A DNA stretch of 64,000 nt from Antedon mediterranea (Eukaryota > Animalia > Echinodermata): positions 548,201 to 612,200 of the forward strand of contig NC_092670.1 in NCBI RefSeq assembly GCF_964355755.1, read 5' to 3'. The position numbers and the translations under genes were made by a program. Shown piece by piece: positions 62,301-64,000 of this stretch (position 1 is its first letter; every line of letters starts with the position of its first letter). The notes beneath the pieces are model-generated. The model saw only the letters and a program-made list of their open reading frames with translations, ran no database searches and was not told the origin of the DNA.

Positions 62301-63062
62301 ACAAACAAGTTTTTGTACAAGTATAGAAAATGGAATAATCATATGATGATCTAAATGACAGAAATAAAAAAAGGCTTTTCAATCGTTTGAAAAACAAATC
62401 TGTTTATGACGATTTATATTTCCTATGTTATGAATATCTAACACATTTTTTGCCATTAAACTGTCATTCTAATTCCTCTTTAAAAAAAATTAGTACATTT
62501 TCAAAGCTATAACAAAGAATGCTTGAATTTGTTAAAGTTACACTTAAAACCGGAACACGCTGCAAATGTATTTCTTTCCTACTTAAAATATGATCATATT
62601 TCATTTTGTCCAAAACTTGTCGAAAGGATTACATTAATGGACGGTTCCATTATTGTTGAAGGGTAGTCGCATTGAAAGATAACATCAGCAGAAAAAAATT
62701 ACAAAATGTTTAAAAGGATTATTTAAAACACTAAATTCAAAAAGTATTTATTTGGTAGAATAATTCAAATTTGAGTGCAGTTTGTACAGTAATTGTATCT
62801 ATTACGTATGTATTGTTACCTTACAGTATTTATTTGGTACAGTAGAATAATTCGAACTGTAGTCCAGTTTCTATGTCCATAATTGTGCTAACTATATTTG
62901 TTGCAGTAAAGTAACACAGTAACCAAATTTAATTGTTGTGTAGATTGAATAAGAACAAGAATATTAATCCAATAACAAATAATAATCCAATAAAAAAGTC
63001 AATAATAATGAAATTACAAAACTAATAACAATAAAAGGACTATAGTGTTCTTAACATGCAGA

Positions 63063-63522
63063 ACTTAATGAAAGTAAAGTATACTGTGTAGAATTATAAC
63101 TCCGCTGTTTCCATAGTGTACTTAATGAAAGTAAAGTATACTGTGTAGAATTATAACTCCGCTGTTTCCATAGTGTACTTAATGAAAGTAAAGTATACTG
63201 TGTAGAATTATAACTCCGCTGTTTCCATAGTGTACTTAATGAAAGTAAAGTATACTGTGTAGAATTATAACTCCGCTGTTTCCATAGTGTACTTAATGAA
63301 AGTAAAGTATACTGTGTAGAATTATAACTCCGCTGTTTCCATAGTGTACTTAATGAAAGTAAAGTATACTGTGTAGAATTATAACTCCGCTGTTTCCATA
63401 GTGTACTTAATGAAAGTAAAGTATACTGTGTAGAATTATAACTCCGCTGTTTCCATAGTGTACTTAATGAAAGTAAAGTATACTGTGTAGAATTATAACT
63501 CCGCTGTTTCCATAGTGTACTT
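63063..63522. repeat. 57-bp minisatellite x8
   Basis: ACTTAATGAAAGTAAAGTATACTGTGTAGAATTATAACTCCGCTGTTTCCATAGTGT in perfect tandem. Confidence 0.97.
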
Positions 63523-64000
63523 TTTATTCAAAATAGAAATGGAGATATTAATGCAAATTAAACAGTAAATGAAATTAATTTCTTCTTTGTTGACTTTTAT
63601 TCAAATTTATGTAACTAAATAATTTCTTCTTTACTGTTGCCATGACGGAGCATCATGACAATAGTTTATCAAGTTAGTATTCATAATGATAATTATCGCC
63701 ATAGAAACAGATTGCAATAAACAAACCATTTATTTTAATAGCTTCCACAAATAAATAGATGTTTTGTTGTAAAAACTAAGAATTAGTTTGTTTTTTGGTT
63801 GTAAATCGATTAAAAAAAGGAAAGAGAATATACAAAGTAAAAATGATTTAAACTATTTGAAACTAAAAATACCACCAAATGGCATATGAAATTAATTTAG
63901 CTGAAAACTTTCAAATTACAGAAATGAGACATTCTCAACTGACTTCCGTAGCAAGTTACATAAATTCTCTTGAATTTAATGTACCATACTAAGTTTTTCA

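Overview
AT-rich, intron-rich animal DNA, not prokaryotic. It is probably an invertebrate deuterostome such as an echinoderm; this is an inference from the Deu-domain SINEs, the vertebrate-like XYLT lacking a WSC domain, and the gene set. Five spliced host genes are recognisable: the 3' end of FBXW10 (+), TMEM130 (-), CHTF18 (-), CCDC57 (+, head-to-head with CHTF18) and a 5'-partial xylosyltransferase XYLT (-). A candidate small C2HC zinc-finger orphan gene lies in a TE/pseudogene-rich patch at about 31.3-44.3 kb. Mobile DNA includes a Harbinger element carrying a decayed MADF-BESS gene, an unclassified TIR element with a 6-bp TSD, Helentron-type HINEs, MITEs, CR1/L2/RTE LINE fragments, Deu-SINEs and Penelope-type hammerhead remnants. 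More than a dozen minisatellites are present. The least explained pattern is TAGGCCTA-type clusters just downstream of every visible transcription start, together with frequent TACWGTA; both look like DNA-transposon excision scars. Gene names come from recalled motif similarity, not database searches, and exon coordinates were read by eye.
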